The position numbers and the translations under genes are program-made. Source: Nemertoderma westbladi (lineage: Eukaryota; Animalia; Xenacoelomorpha). From it: a stretch of DNA of 64,000 nucleotides. Position 1 is the first letter of the stretch; each line of letters starts with the position of its first letter. This document shows, piece by piece, positions 24,061 through 37,548 of the stretch. The notes under the pieces are model-generated. The model worked only from the letters and a program-made list of their open reading frames with translations. It did not search any database and was not told the DNA's origin. Location: assembly GCA_032718475.1 (NCBI GenBank), contig JAUCBJ010006660.1, positions 41,379 to 105,378 on the forward strand, read 5' to 3'.

Positions 24061-25379
24061 CTTTGAAAACTTTTCTATAACATAAATATTTTGCTATAGA
24101 ACACGAATATTTTTTTAGTAAATACTGCAGCTAACATGTAGGGCCTACTGTCATTACTACTGTAGTTCCTACAACTTATTGGGTAGGCCTACCCACTACC
24201 CATAAACCAGATTTTTTAAACCAGAGCACTACTGTAGTATGCCTATAGCTTGTGTGACCATTTCTGAAATTTTCAAAATTCTGTAATATTTTTGATTTTT
24301 TTATTGGTAAGTGTTCTAGAACATAAGTTGATATGTTTTTTATGGTTACTAGTGCTTTTTAATAGAATATATTTTTGGGAACAGTTCCGTATGCAGTTGT
24401 ATTTTCTAAAATGTTTTAAAGTGTTTTACAATTTGTCATTTGACTTTGACTCGGTAGTGTGAACGTGGCCTAAGAATGTTATTTGGAATTGATTCTTTTT
24501 TTTTTATTCAAGAACAAGTTCGCACCACCGGTATTATATAAAAAAAAATTTCTAGAAAATTGTTTCAGAACTTTTTTTTATATTTAATAACGAACATTGT
24601 GTAGGACCTACACAAAATATTAAAAATAGCAAAATCTAGCTACAGTACAGGCCACCAGAAAAAGCAGATTTCATCCAATGTGATCACATGTGAACACATT
24701 TGTTCAAGTCATCTGATTGGCAGATTATGGCGAGTTATCTAGCTAACTTGCTGGGACCGACAAAGGCTTAGTGTGCGGTGCGCCTGTCTGTCTGATATCA
24801 GGTAGATGAGAGAGCCCACAGGGCGTAACATTGCGAACATGGGCTGTATTGGTAGAGAGAGAACTACATACAAGACCACATGGAGGTTCATGGAGTGTAT
24901 CGGAGTGGATGGGTTATGGATGGACGAGCCTAGACCATTGAATAATTAATTTAGTGCAGGGAGATGTCGCGCCATTAGTCTGACACCGAGAGGGCACAGA
25001 GAAACACCAGAAGATGGCTTAACATCACTAACTATAGGCCTGCCTACTAGACACTATTAACCGCACACTATAAAGGTAAACAAAATCCTTATCGCATTTC
25101 CAGCTGCAGTGAGTGACAGTTTGCGGCAAACTACAGAGAGTTTCCAGATTACTAAGCGTTTCAAAAGTATTCAATTGTATCCTTTGGCGAAAAAATTTTG
25201 GTTGTTACCAATTCAATTATGTTCAATTATGTTCAATTGTCCCGTTCAACAACATTACATTACACTGGTACACATTTGATAAAATGTGTTCACAATTGTA
25301 CAAATCTGCGTTTTCTGGTGGCCTGTACTGTAGTATATCGTTTTTGTAATTTAAATCACGACTATTAAATCATTTATAT

Positions 25380-25920
25380 AGTTCCAAATCGAAAGCTCCT
25401 AACTCAACTTATCCTTTGAATCCATCTTTCAATATTGGTGATCTGATTTACCTTAAGGTTGACAAGTCAAAGGGTAAATCAAGTGATCGTTATATTGTCA
25501 CCTCCGATTGTGGTGATTGGTGTAATATTCAAAAATTTATAGGACGTCAACTACGCTCAACATCATATCGCGTTAAGAAGAATGACTGTATTACTATCCC
25601 TATACCAGTGCTAGAGATTCTTTCCATGTCTTCCGAAAAGTATAATGACCATGACGATAACGAGGATGATTTAGTGGCTTATATTCCTCCATCCACCCCA
25701 GACACTGCAATGGAAGGTTATCTACCAGAACCTCCCGATATACCATTGGCCATCTCGCAGCCAACGGACATTTCTCAACCAGCGGATATTTCTCAGCCAA
25801 TGGACGTTTCACATCCAATGGGCGTTTCTCTGCCAATGAACTCTCAGCCTGAACCAGAGAATAGCATCCTTCGTCGGTCAACCCGCGCGCCATCAAGTTC
25901 CTAAACGTTATGGAGTCAAT
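25380..25920 (+). mobile_element. Probable Ty3/gypsy integrase C-terminal fragment
   Basis: FNIGDLIYLKVDKSK..DRYIV..IQKF, then Pro/Ser-rich linker and LRRSTR; no catalytic core visible. Confidence 0.5.
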
Positions 25921-26316
25921 GATTAAATAATTGAACCTTTACATTCTATATACATTGTGATATACAAGTGACTCTGGGGCTGTTTTTGTTCTTATAAACC
26001 TCATTATATTATTGCCTGCTCTTTGTCTGATTCAAATACAATTAAATTAATTTCGACCTTATAGTACAATTTTTTTAGAAAGACGGAATAATGGCCATGA
26101 TCTTTGCATTATTATTTCTGTACTGGATAATACATTCTTTTAGACAGGAAGTAAAGACAGTTATTTGTCAGTTATTTTCATTAGTATTGGTCCGTTATTG
26201 GTGGTGTAATGCAATTATTACTTTTGTGTGATAATACATTTTGTTAGGCACGAAGTAAATATGGTTATATATATGCCCTTGCCCTATCAGTTAATTTCAG
26301 TAGCATTAGTCCGTAA

Positions 26317-29300
26317 AGGCCTGTTTACACGTGGCAACTTTTAGAGCAACTTTCTCGGCAACTTGTAGAGCTACCCAGGTTGCCGATCAAGTTGCTCCGT
26401 GTAAACACGTAAAAAAGTTGCTGTAAAAGTTGCTCAACTTTTACGGCAACTTGAAGGAATTTGCGTTGGCGAAGTAAAGCGGGATAATCAGATTTAATTA
26501 TCAAAAACTAGCTAGTAGATAAAATGACCCACTATTTTACAGTCAAACTAGCTAAGTTGCTCTAAAAGTTGCCGGCCAGTTGCTGGTAAAGTTGCCACGT
26601 GTAAACAGCGATTAAATTAAGTTGCTCTAAAAAAAGTTGCTAGGTGGGATAAATATTTCTCCATTTGACGCAACACCGCCGCGGCCGCTATGAGGGAGGT
26701 GAATACCGCGGCCGCTCCTAAAGCCGCAGGCCATCGCTAACTATATAGGTTAACTTGGGATTCTGGGGGACTTTTCGATGAAGGAACTGACCAAATTTTT
26801 TTATTTTCTCACCAGGGGAGCGGCTCGGAATTCTAAGATATTAGCAACTCTAACATTATTAAATCTAACCCTTCGACGGACACGGCGGACAAAAAACCGT
26901 CATTTTTTCGACAATTTTAAAATTTTTTTGAAAGGCGCTCTACAGTGGCTCGAAAAAACCCTAGGTTATTGCTTAGCCGACGCCGGGATACGATAGAAGG
27001 GATTAATTAGTGAATTCGTTTTTTTTTTTCAAAAAAGATTACCACGCCTTTTTTCCGAAAATGTCCGTCAAAGTTGAAAAAACGGACAAAATGACTTTGC
27101 GGGATCCGCTATAACTCGGCTAATATTAATCGTACGGGGACGAAAGTAACGCGGTTGGAAAGGGGAAGAGTGGTACTACCTTCGTATCGAATGGGGGTAA
27201 GATATTTATTAAAATTTCGGGTGGAAAAAGGGGCTGTAAATTTGTACGTATTTGTCCGTCTTTTTTGGAAAACTTATTTCCGAAATGTTTAATTCGACAA
27301 CGCGGGTAGGAATCCACTAATTCTTTTATGAAACTCGTAGAAGACCATTGGGGCTACGTTCCTATCGAATGGGGGTACAAAGAATATGTCGGCAATAGGG
27401 GCCAAAAAGGGCCAGAATTTGTAAAGTAGTTTTTATCGAATAATTTTTTATTTTTAACTTTAGTTGGTTAAGGTACATTCTATACAGTCAATATCCATAC
27501 GGGGAATTCAAATATGCTATCGGTTTTGCTCCAAGGATGATATTAAAAAAATGAGGGCCAAAATTATAATTTCGCGCTTCAAACTCGCTTCGCGGGAAAT
27601 CGTCTAGCTCGAAAACTACTTAACTTACGGGAGATTTGTTTACACAGACTTATAGTGCGTTAAATTATCTATCTAACAGCGTTAATCACAGCGCCGGAGA
27701 CCACAAATCGCTATTCCATTATAATTTAGCGTATTGCGCCAAAAGTACCTGTAAATAGTATAAAATTAACTCCGCTGTCTTTTATCTTAACATATATAAT
27801 TAAAATTACGAATTTTAAGGGTCGAAAAATATCGCGTTATTTTGGCCCTTTTTTTTAATTTTTTTGGGGCCAAAAATAACCCCTTCTCAAACGATTAAGA
27901 AAAAAATTACGGCAAAGAATATACCAATTTTATTGAATTTGAACCACCAGAACCGAAGTTAGAGCGATTTTAGTGAAAAAATAAAAATAATTTTTTTTGC
28001 AAAAAAATTAAGAATGGTCAGGTCAATATTGGATTTCGAACCCGCGAACTTAGGTTTCATTAACGTGATTGATAACCACTAGACTATGTGACCAAGAGAA
28101 TTTGAAATTTTCGAGTGACTATTTTTAAACTTAAATAACTTCGGTTCTACAGGGCCGTTTAATCTGAAACTTTTTTCATTGGATAGAGGATAGATTGTAG
28201 TGTGAGAAATAGGATAAAACTTGGGAAAATACTTATGTGCACTTAGTGCAAAATGCACTTAAATAGTGAACATTTTTTCGATATTTCAAACACTATTATT
28301 TCCAGTTCTATTCATCGTAGAATGTTATTTTTTGGATTAAAATGTAGTTTGGAATGATTTCTAACTATAATCGTAACATTTGTTTAACTTTTTATGTCTA
28401 TAAAGTGACTTAAAATGTCCATGAATATGGTCCAAAATCGCAAATCCAGATTTATTAAATTGGATTTTTGACACTTTTAGCGACTGACACTTGATCATGC
28501 ACCATCGTAGATCGGTAGAGGATAAACATAAGTTTGTTAAATAAGAGCCACCATTACGATCTGCTAAAGTGCATTTGTACAAATAAGTGTGCAAAAGTGC
28601 AAATTTTTTAATAAGGTCAAATTATATAGTATTGGGTTATTTTCTTTGCAGATACTTTATTTTCATATTAATATGTTGTTTGAACCTTACTGAGCGCATT
28701 AGGGGATATGCGTACAAATAACCGGCCCTTATGAGGCTTCGATTGGGTAAATTTATAAAACATAAGGTTGTATAGTATAATATTCTAAAAACCAGTGTGA
28801 TATTAAATGCACTTTAAATAATAAATAGAAATCAAATAACAATTGGACCACACAATTAAAAACTCGCACAATTTTGTACTTATTATATCGCTTCAAATTA
28901 ATTCAACAGTGGATATTTGGGGGAAGAGGGAAGTTACAGTGTGCATTCGGGGGAAGTTTGGTGAACTGCATTTATGCAGTGAATCCAAACTTCCCCCTTT
29001 GATATATCATATACTTAAGACATGCTAGGGTGACGGGGAAATATTTGTTACTGTCACACTTTGCTTCCATTTATCCTATCCTTTATTATTACCCCAGTCA
29101 GATAAGAGATAATAAATCAGTAAAAACTAAACTAAACTGTCTTTCATGCAAACAAATTTCTAACTAAAGACGGGTGAATGACCATGACCATGGAAATAAT
29201 TTTAAATATAATTGTATATCAACTATTTGGGGAGGCTTCCAAGTTAAACCCGAAAACAATTATTTTGTTACATAGTAAATAACGTTGTATGTTCTTCTTC

Positions 29301-29640
29301 CTCTCATAATAAAATATAAATGAAATATCTCAGATCGCTATGCCCTGTAACATTTCACAACCAAAATATTTAAGTGTGAAAAGTGTAGGCCTACCACACT
29401 CCGCCCAAACAACCGCAAACGCATAGCCAACAAATTTAACAAAAGGTTACATACATGTTGGGTTCATGACGAGATGAGTGAAAATTGATCGCGTAATATA
29501 AAGTAAAAAATTAAGAGACGGGCTGGCTCTCCTCCACTTTCTTACCCAATGGATATGTTGTTGTAATAATCTAATATTGGGGCGGCTTTCTCTCGTTGCC
29601 AAGAAAGTTGCTCTAAAAGTTGCCACGTGTCAACAGGCCT
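26317..29640. mobile_element. PIF/Harbinger-type non-autonomous element with about 45-bp TIRs, containing other repeat fragments
   Basis: aggcctgtttacacgtggcaacttttagagcaactttctcggcaac versus gttgccaagaaagttgctctaaaagttgccacgtgtcaacaggcct; flanks taa/tta; subterminal gttgc repeats to ~26640. Confidence 0.7.
28021..28093 (-). pseudogene. Degenerate tRNA-like sequence (tRNA pseudogene or SINE head)
   Basis: Minus strand ggtcaca-tagtctagtgg (A box)...gggttcgaaatcc (B box)...tgacc; anticodon arm does not pair. Confidence 0.45.
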
Positions 29641-29738
29641 TTAGTGGTGTAATGGAATTATTTGACACGGAAGAAAAGTGGTTACGCCACACTACCTACA
29701 GTATATATAGTAGGCCATGTACCAACCTACCGGTAACC

Positions 29739-31136
29739 AGGGGTGGGTTGCTGGACGCCCTACTTAACCCCTATTAGTTAAAAGCGCTTTTAAAAAACTT
29801 TATATAACGCTATTAGCTTAATAAGGTTGCTTGACACCCTTTTAACCTAAAAGCACTTTTAGTCTGCTAAAAGCGCTTTTAGTAAGACAACTATTTTCTA
29901 TGGAACCACTAATAGGGGTTAAAAATTACATCGAAGCACCTTTTAGTTGCTATTAAAGGCTATAACAATAATGCATTATATATTTTTGTACCATAACATT
30001 ATTAATATCGTGTCATTTTTTGTGGCCACATTTGCCTCCATGGCGATATAATACCCTAATTAGATTCTAGAAATATATTATTTCGTATTATTTAATGTTT
30101 TTATTTCGGTATCTTACACATGTAAGTTTATTTTTTATTATGTCAGTGCATTTGATGTTGATGCTTGACAACATAACGCAAATGTAGTTAAATCGTGAGC
30201 GCGTATTAAGAAGTAAAGACAACCCATTTGAGGTTTTCAGAGACAAAGAACTGATCCAAAGGTTTCGGTTTGATAAATCAGCTATTATAGACATTTCAGA
30301 TATCATTCGCGATAATTTTAAGAGATATGATTAATTAATACATAATTAATATTTATTTATTAATTCAACTTTTTACTTTTATTATATTATTTATTGACGC
30401 GGGGGTGGTCTAACGCATTCCACTAGACAGGCTCGTTCTTTGTCATTCCATGCTGGCTTTCTATTTCTTTTCGCCATCTTAATGTCTAAGTTAGTAGGGT
30501 ATGTAGTATAATGAGAGTCTCATTCGTATATTTAGGCAAGTCAATCTATCATAAGACCCAAAATATATTTCCTTCCTATCATAAATTTTAGTGACAGAAA
30601 AATTTATTTTCTAATCATATTTTCTACATTTCTATTCTCGAACGCAGATCGAATACTGTAGGACCGTAATACATACAGTACATATAATTTGTATGAAATT
30701 ATGTAAATAAATAAATCAATTTATAAACGCAAAAGTATATCTCTGTCATTGCGTTATAAAAGTTTTAGTTTTAAGTTAAGGAGTTTAGTTTTACCAATTT
30801 TTGTTTACACGTTTTCCCCTTCTTTTCCTTGATTGAATGGACTAATTGTGGGCCTTTATTATTTTTTACAAATAATATTTAATACTCAAACTTGAATTCT
30901 AGAAATAGTGATAGAGCTATAGTGATGAGATGGTATTATTTATTATTTAATTAATTACTAATAGCGCTATTAAAGCCCTATTAGCTCTAATAATCCTATT
31001 AGTAAAAAGGGCTGTTAATAATGTTTCAGGCAACGCTTTTTAAAGTCGCTATTTACTAACAGCACTATTAGTGCTAATAGCCCTTTTAATCCTAATAGCG
31101 CTTTTCCACTAATAGCGCGTCCAGCAACCCACCCCT
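29739..31136. mobile_element. Internally deleted Harbinger transposon
   Basis: 20-bp TIR aggggtgggttgctggacgc; plus-strand 30194-30330 RERVLRSKDNPFEVFRDKELIQRFRFDKSAIIDISDIIRD (HARBI1-like N-terminus); minus-strand from 30477 MAKRNRKPAWNDKERACLVECV (Myb/SANT-like start). Confidence 0.8.
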
Positions 31137-31499
31137 TTGAATTATTAATTATTATATTCTTGAATTTTGTATTTCCGCGATATACTTTACTTGAATATTG
31201 GTTTTATATCGCGGTCAATATGATTAAACCAGGATCCTCACCACTAAGCCATAACTGGCACTTATAATTAATTTCAATATACAGTAGGTGGGGTGAAGAC
31301 CAATACTAGTGACATATAAAATAAAATAATTAAGTTTGTTGCGATATTTTGGCCAACAGGCTATTATTCAAGCAACTAGACTGTACTACCACAGTACTGA
31401 AACTATACGCACTACTTCCTATGAACTACTGCTACTGCTATACTGATTATTGCACCAATTGGTATACTGTAGATATTCAGGTGGCACGGCCTATTATTA

Positions 31500-33700
31500 A
31501 CACATAAATTTAAAAGCACAATAAATATTTACCAACCGGTGTCGAACTCGTCCTTGTACTAAATATTCATGGAGGGACTTTCGCGAATAATTAGCGTTTT
31601 CTCAGTTAACTTACGGTGTACCAGTCTTAACAATGTTTACGGATGCGGATTTTAAAGGGTTGCGGGGAGTTGGTGTCGTGTGGGTGCTTATCTTTGAATT
31701 GTTGACCTACTGTGCTGTTCTTGAATTTATTTTATTACGTATGGAGTTGCGGTATTTTGCTATTCGTTCTCTCACTGGTCCTACCGTCTCACCAATATAA
31801 TCTTCTTTATATTTATTGCTTCTATGTGGTAAACTACGTTTTTGGCTGTACATATCTTGATGCCGTGATGGCATGTGTAACAGATTGTTGATACTCTTGT
31901 TGCTGGACACTTAAGTTTACTAGTGTTGGACCTAATTAGTATGTTACGGAGTTTTGGTCCGGTAGTGGATGCAACCCGCGTGGCATCGGCGAATGGCGAC
32001 TCTCGTGTGGCTGTGTTAACTTTGCGCAGGATGTTTTCGTCAAGATAAGGAAGTACGAGTGGAAACTTACGCGTGTTGTGTGTGTTTACATGTGTGTTTG
32101 GTGTTTTGGTTGTCGTAACTTTCTTTTTTTAATTTATCAATGACCGGGGGTGGGTAGTCATTATTAATTAAATTGGTTCTAACTTTACTAATGCTCCGTG
32201 TTTTAGTTTGGGGGGTGGAGCGATTCCTAATAGCTCGCTTGATGGCGCTACGAGCAATGTTGTTAATTATAGATCGAGGGTGCCTACTATTGTAGTTTAA
32301 TTAAGGATATACCTGCACTAGCTGGTTTCTGATACAGTTCGAACTCAATATAACCCTGGTTATTAACTGTAGTTAAAACATCAAGGAAGGCTAAACTGGA
32401 ATATGAATATTCCATTGTAAATTTAAGCGACGGGTGGCACGTGTTTAGGTAATCTAAAAATGCATTCAGTTCATCCTCTCCATGCCGCCAGATGGCCCAT
32501 CCGTCGTCATAGAAACGGTACCAACATTGAGCTGTTAAACGGTAATTCTCTAAGTACTCAGTTTCCTTAACGTGAACGTATACTATAGCTATCGGGGCCG
32601 CTGATCTGTCCCCCATACCTAAACCCGACCGCTGTTTGTAAAACTTATTATTAAACTGAAAGTAACTATTTTCTAACGTCAGTTGGAGTAAACCATATAA
32701 TTCTGTTATTTCTAGTCCAAACATGTTTATCTCCTTAACGTGTTGTGACAGAAATCCTGTAACGACCTCGACTTCTTCTTCCACAGGTATATTTGTATAC
32801 ATGGCCACTATATCAGTACTGAATATAATATCTCCAGGTTCCATCGGATCTAATGTACGAACCCGAGAGATAAAATCGGCCGTATTTTTTGAACGTTCTG
32901 GAATGAATTGTAAGAGTTGTTGCATGATTTGACGGACAAACCATGCCGGTTTCTCCGCCGCAGACCCAGTTCTCGCAGAGATTGGTCGCATCGGATTATT
33001 AGGTTTATGCGTTTTAGGATTGCAATAAAGCTGGGGTGGACGGGGTTTAGTGGTGAGCATACCGTGTATAACTGTTGGCGGTTGAGTGCGGTCTAATAGA
33101 TTCCTAATACCGGCCTTTATTCGCCCAGAATCCTTGTTGGTGGGGTCTCGCGTGAGTTCCTCATAAGCGTTTGTGTCACTTAGTATATCCGTGTTTACCT
33201 TATCGATATAGGTGTTGTAATCGAACACCGCCAGTCCACCGCTTTTATCAGTTTTCTTAATTACAATGTCATTATCTTTATGTAGGATCTTTAGAGCGTT
33301 CTGTTCTTCCGAGGTTAGGTTCGCTGTTGATCGGTTCGATTTGAGTGCGAAGTTTTGGTAAATCCCTAGGATGCGTTCTTGTAAATTCTCTAATTCTTGC
33401 TCCATAAGTGGTGGTCCTGGAGGGGCTTTAGGTCTCATCGTATCTGGAAATGGGATTCTCGGGAGTGATGTAGTTCTATGGTTGGGTGTTGTACTGCTAG
33501 TTGGTGCTGTTACATGTTGTACAGACGTTGTCGTAGTGGCGGGTTGGACCGCCGTCGCCGGAGTGGCGGGTTGGTCAGCTGTCGCTGGAGTGGCGTGTTG
33601 TACAGCTGGCGCCGGAGTGGCGGGATGGACCCGTCCGTTACTTTTATTATGTTCTAGAATCTTTTACTTACTGTTACCATAATTTGTCAGATTTACTTCT
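31500..33700 (-). mobile_element. Penelope-like element: RT plus degenerate GIY-YIG
   Basis: ORF 32287-33438 IVIKKTDKSG, PKTHKPNNPMRPI, STDIVAMYTNIP, YKQRSGLGMG, WYRFYDD, LAFLDV; DYIGET..RERI in 31707-31910. Confidence 0.88.
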
Positions 33701-34084
33701 AATATTATTTTATTTTCTATTAGTATGCTATTATCGCTTATGGTGGGTTATTTTACTTAGATAACCCCTATAGTTTGTATACAGGGTAGACTAGCTATTC
33801 TCTACTGTGCTAGTTTGTACCAGGCAACCTATTGTCCCTGTATCAAACACCCTAAACTTACTCTATGGGCTGTGCAGTACAGTAGTCTGTCTCGTGCGGC
33901 CTACACGGTCTATCCTGCTGTACCCACGTGCCCCCCCCCCCCCCCCCCCTCTCCCATTCGTGACGCTCTCTATGCCCACAACCTCTACGGTACTACGTAC
34001 CCTACTTACTCTTATGGTATATCTATATACCATACTCTATACTCTCTCTTACTACAAACTTTTACTAACTCTACTAACACTAAC

Positions 34085-34655
34085 TTCTAACTCTAATGGT
34101 ACTATGTACCCTGCTACTACTCTCGTGGTATGTTTATATACCACACTCCCTAACTTCTAACTTCTACCAGCGGTACTACGTACCCTGCCACTACTCTCGT
34201 GGTATGTCAATATACCACACTCCCTAACTTCTAACTTCTACCAGCGGTACTACGTACCCTGCCACTACTCTCGTGGTATGTCAATATACCACACTCCCTA
34301 ACTTCTAACTTCTACCAGCGGTACTATGTACCCTGCCACTACTCTCGTGGTATGTCAATATACCACACTCCCTATCTTCTAACTTCTACCAGTGGTACTA
34401 TGTAACCTGCCACTACTCTCGTGGTATGTCAATATACCACACTCCCTATCTTCTAACTTCTACCAGCGGTACTATGTACCCTACTACTCTCGTGATACGT
34501 CAATGTACCACACTCCCTAACTTCTGCCTACGGTACTATGTACCCTACTACTCTCATGGTACGTCAATGTACCACGCTCCCTAACTCCTGCCTACGGTAC
34601 TATGTACCCTACTACTCTCGTGGTACGTCAATGTACCACACTCCCTAACTTCTAA
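34085..34655. repeat. Tandem array in the 3' noncoding region of C, unit about 63-74 bp
   Basis: Unit ccacactccctaacttctaacttctaccagcggtactacgtaccctgccactactctcgtggtatgtcaatata, about 8 copies. Confidence 0.9.
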
Positions 34656-36024
34656 CTACTTACTTAGTGCTACGTACTATCTACTACTATTACTTTCTAA
34701 CTTTCTACTATCTCACTTCTTATTTTTATTATTTTATTATTATTTTTTATATTTTGTGCAGGAAGGGCGTCTCGCCCTCATTCCCACCCCCCTCAGTCCA
34801 ACATTTTGGACGACTAAACTCGAGGTGCCCCTTCTAATAGGCAGCACTTTCCTACAGCCCCCCTGTAGGTCTTCCTATCTTTCTTCCAATTCTCACTTCT
34901 ACGGATCTGACTCTTCCATCATCGCCCCCCCTTCAGTCCAACTTATTGGACGACTCAATAACCCAAGGGTGATTCTTCCAGCAGGCAACTCTCCCACTGT
35001 CCCCCTGTAGGTCCTCTAATTCTTCGCCCCCACTCTCCTTGTCATTTCCAACTCTCTTGGAATTGACCTTCCCTTCTCTTCCCTCCTTAAATCCGGTCAT
35101 TCTGTTATGTCACTGATATCCTCGTGGTCGTCCCCTGGCGGCAAAGTGCCACCCTTCATCTTGTCATTTGGCGGTAGAATGCCGCCCCTCATGTCATCCT
35201 TACTGGTACATGCCACCCCTGCTTGCCTCCCCCTTAATATGTGCGCTGGCATTTAAGCCCACGGTGACCCCCAGTCATCCTACGGTACACGTAATGGCTT
35301 ACCATTTAATGCCCCTTCACACTCCGCCACCTCCTTATGTGTTTGCAACACGCCCTCTCCTACTTTCCTGCCTCCTTTGTCACGTTTCATCATGGGCTTA
35401 TCTGCCCCTGGTCTAATCTTCCCACATCCTCTCCCTTTCCACCTTGTCTTCTTACTCTACCTCCCCCTTTTCGGTATACCTCTCAACCGGACCGGCGTCT
35501 CCTCCGGACACTCTTCCAGACACTCCTCCGGACACTCCTCCAGACACTCCTCCGGACATCTCGCCGTCTACTCTTCTACACCCTCATACCGATACTTGCC
35601 AGGAACATCCTTGTTCCATCCCATCGCCTCTAGATCTTCTGCGTCCAACCCATTCTCCTCCGCCCACTCTCTTGGTGTTGCTTCCACTCCTAGCTCATCT
35701 ACTGGTGGTATTTCTCTGGAAATATCCTCTATCCTTTCACCATGCCCCACTATGCATGGTTCCAGATCCATACCCAACTCCTGGTATCCTTCCCCGGGCC
35801 GCTTCTTGCAAGGGGCCTCCCCATCGCCCGTCTTTGGTTTCTCCTCTACGTCCTCAACAGTGCCTGATAGCAAGCACCCTGATGTCTCCGACATCCTGAA
35901 TGGAATCTTGGTTTTGATTGAGCCGCTAAGCGTCCATCCGAACGGCGTGAGAATTGCCATTGGATCGCTCTATCTGTCCGCTCCGAAAATTGTTCGTACT
36001 CTCTCGTGGGCTGTCAGACAGTCC

Positions 36025-37250
36025 TGTAAAAGCTTTTGTGGGATGTAACTGGTCCTTTAGCTTTGCAATCCAGTTCCCCCCCCCAGGCGCTGGAATACTC
36101 TAAAAAGCTCTCTAACTCGAATGATGCAAAGCGACCGGCTGATTGGCTGATTTGTTATACGAGGGGCTCTTTGCTATGTTCTATCGGCCAACCAGAGCTA
36201 TAGCAGCAGAGTATGCAACTAGGGCAACCGAGCGGAGTGACTCATTTTGTGTGTTGGCCAAGGGCTGCAAAAATCCTGATAGTTCGGCATTTAGATATTC
36301 GTGGAACCTGTGGAATCTGGTGTTCTGCCAATGAGAGCTATCCCTCTCTGTGTAAAAAGATACCTGCAACGGTGTTAGAGTCAGAGAGTGTTTTTGTTAC
36401 TGTTGTGTTGTTTCTATCTAGGCCAGGAACACCGGCTCTAGAGTCAATTCGTTTCAGACTTTAGAAGAAACATTAGTAGGCTTAGATTATAGAGCGTATA
36501 ACTGTTATCGGCTCAATCGGCACATACATTGTCATATCATATCTTAACCTACCGTCTTAATGCTTTTACTGTTGTTATTATTTTGTATCAGTTGGTTGAA
36601 TATTATTTGGAGAACATCTATAAAGAACCCAAATTTCCCAATTTTCTTGATACACTACAGGTTAGAGAGACAGGTTACATATAGCGATTGCGACTTATAT
36701 TATCGTGGTTTGTAGTGAGTTTAATGCTATTTGATAGGCACTACATGAGTCAATTGCTGTTCTCTTTATGTATGATAAAATTCATTGACGGTCGGCAGAT
36801 TAGTGTGCAGTATTGTGTGTTACCGGTAGTGTGCATGATTGTGGCTGATAACTAAGCATTTCCTAAAGAATGCGCCTCATACGTGAATCATAAGCCTTAC
36901 CGACTTACCGTTGTGTTTAGTATAAGTCATATCTCTGTTTACCTAGATAGAGCGCCACGTCCTAAAGGAACTGTTAATATTTCCCGAAAGTGAATAATAT
37001 TGGTCAGAAATTATTTATTAACGATCAATCGAATAATACAGTAAGCTTACACTGCAATAACAATCTAAGCCCTCCGAATCCAGTCTCCCGGGTATATCCA
37101 GCGGGTGAATGGACGCGCACTAGGCTGGCTTCGGCTAATGTTGTGTTTATTGGTATTAAATACTTGTCATTTTCTAAAGTCTATTTATAAACCAAAAGAC
37201 ATATAAATTTTGGCAGGTTAAACTGCTAAAGGTCTTCAAAAGCGCGTACA
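36025..37250 (+). repeat. A2 5' LTR
   Basis: tgtaaaagc...gcgcgtaca, followed by ataacagttat as in A1. Confidence 0.95.
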
Positions 37251-37319
37251 ATAACAGTTATTGTCTTTATTGCAGTAAGCAATAAAGTTGAAAGTACCGG
37301 TCGACCGGTAAACCTGAAC

Positions 37320-37548
37320 CGGTACTGCTGTAGGTCCGTAGGCCCAACTGCCAGAATCGGTACTGCTGTAGGTCCGTAGGCCCAACTGCCAGAATCGGTA
37401 CTGCTGTAGGTCCGTAGGCCCAACTGCTTGAACCGGTACTGCTGTAGGTCCGTAGGCCCAACTGCCAGAATCGGTACTGCTGTAGGTCTGTAGGCCTAAC
37501 TGCCTGAACCGGTACTGCTGTAGGTCTGTAGGCCCAACTGTCCTAACC
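37320..37548 (+). repeat. 38-bp tandem repeat in A2 leader, 6 copies
   Basis: Same unit as 10754-10905. Confidence 0.9.

Noticed and set aside
26866-27800. piggyBac element starting taacccttcgacggac
   Set aside because: No matching opposite TIR or TTAA TSD found
31200-33760. Hammerhead ribozyme expected near Penelope ends or in the LTRs (retrozyme)
   Set aside because: No CUGANGA...GAAA core with flanking stems found by eye on either strand; a covariance search could still find a variant
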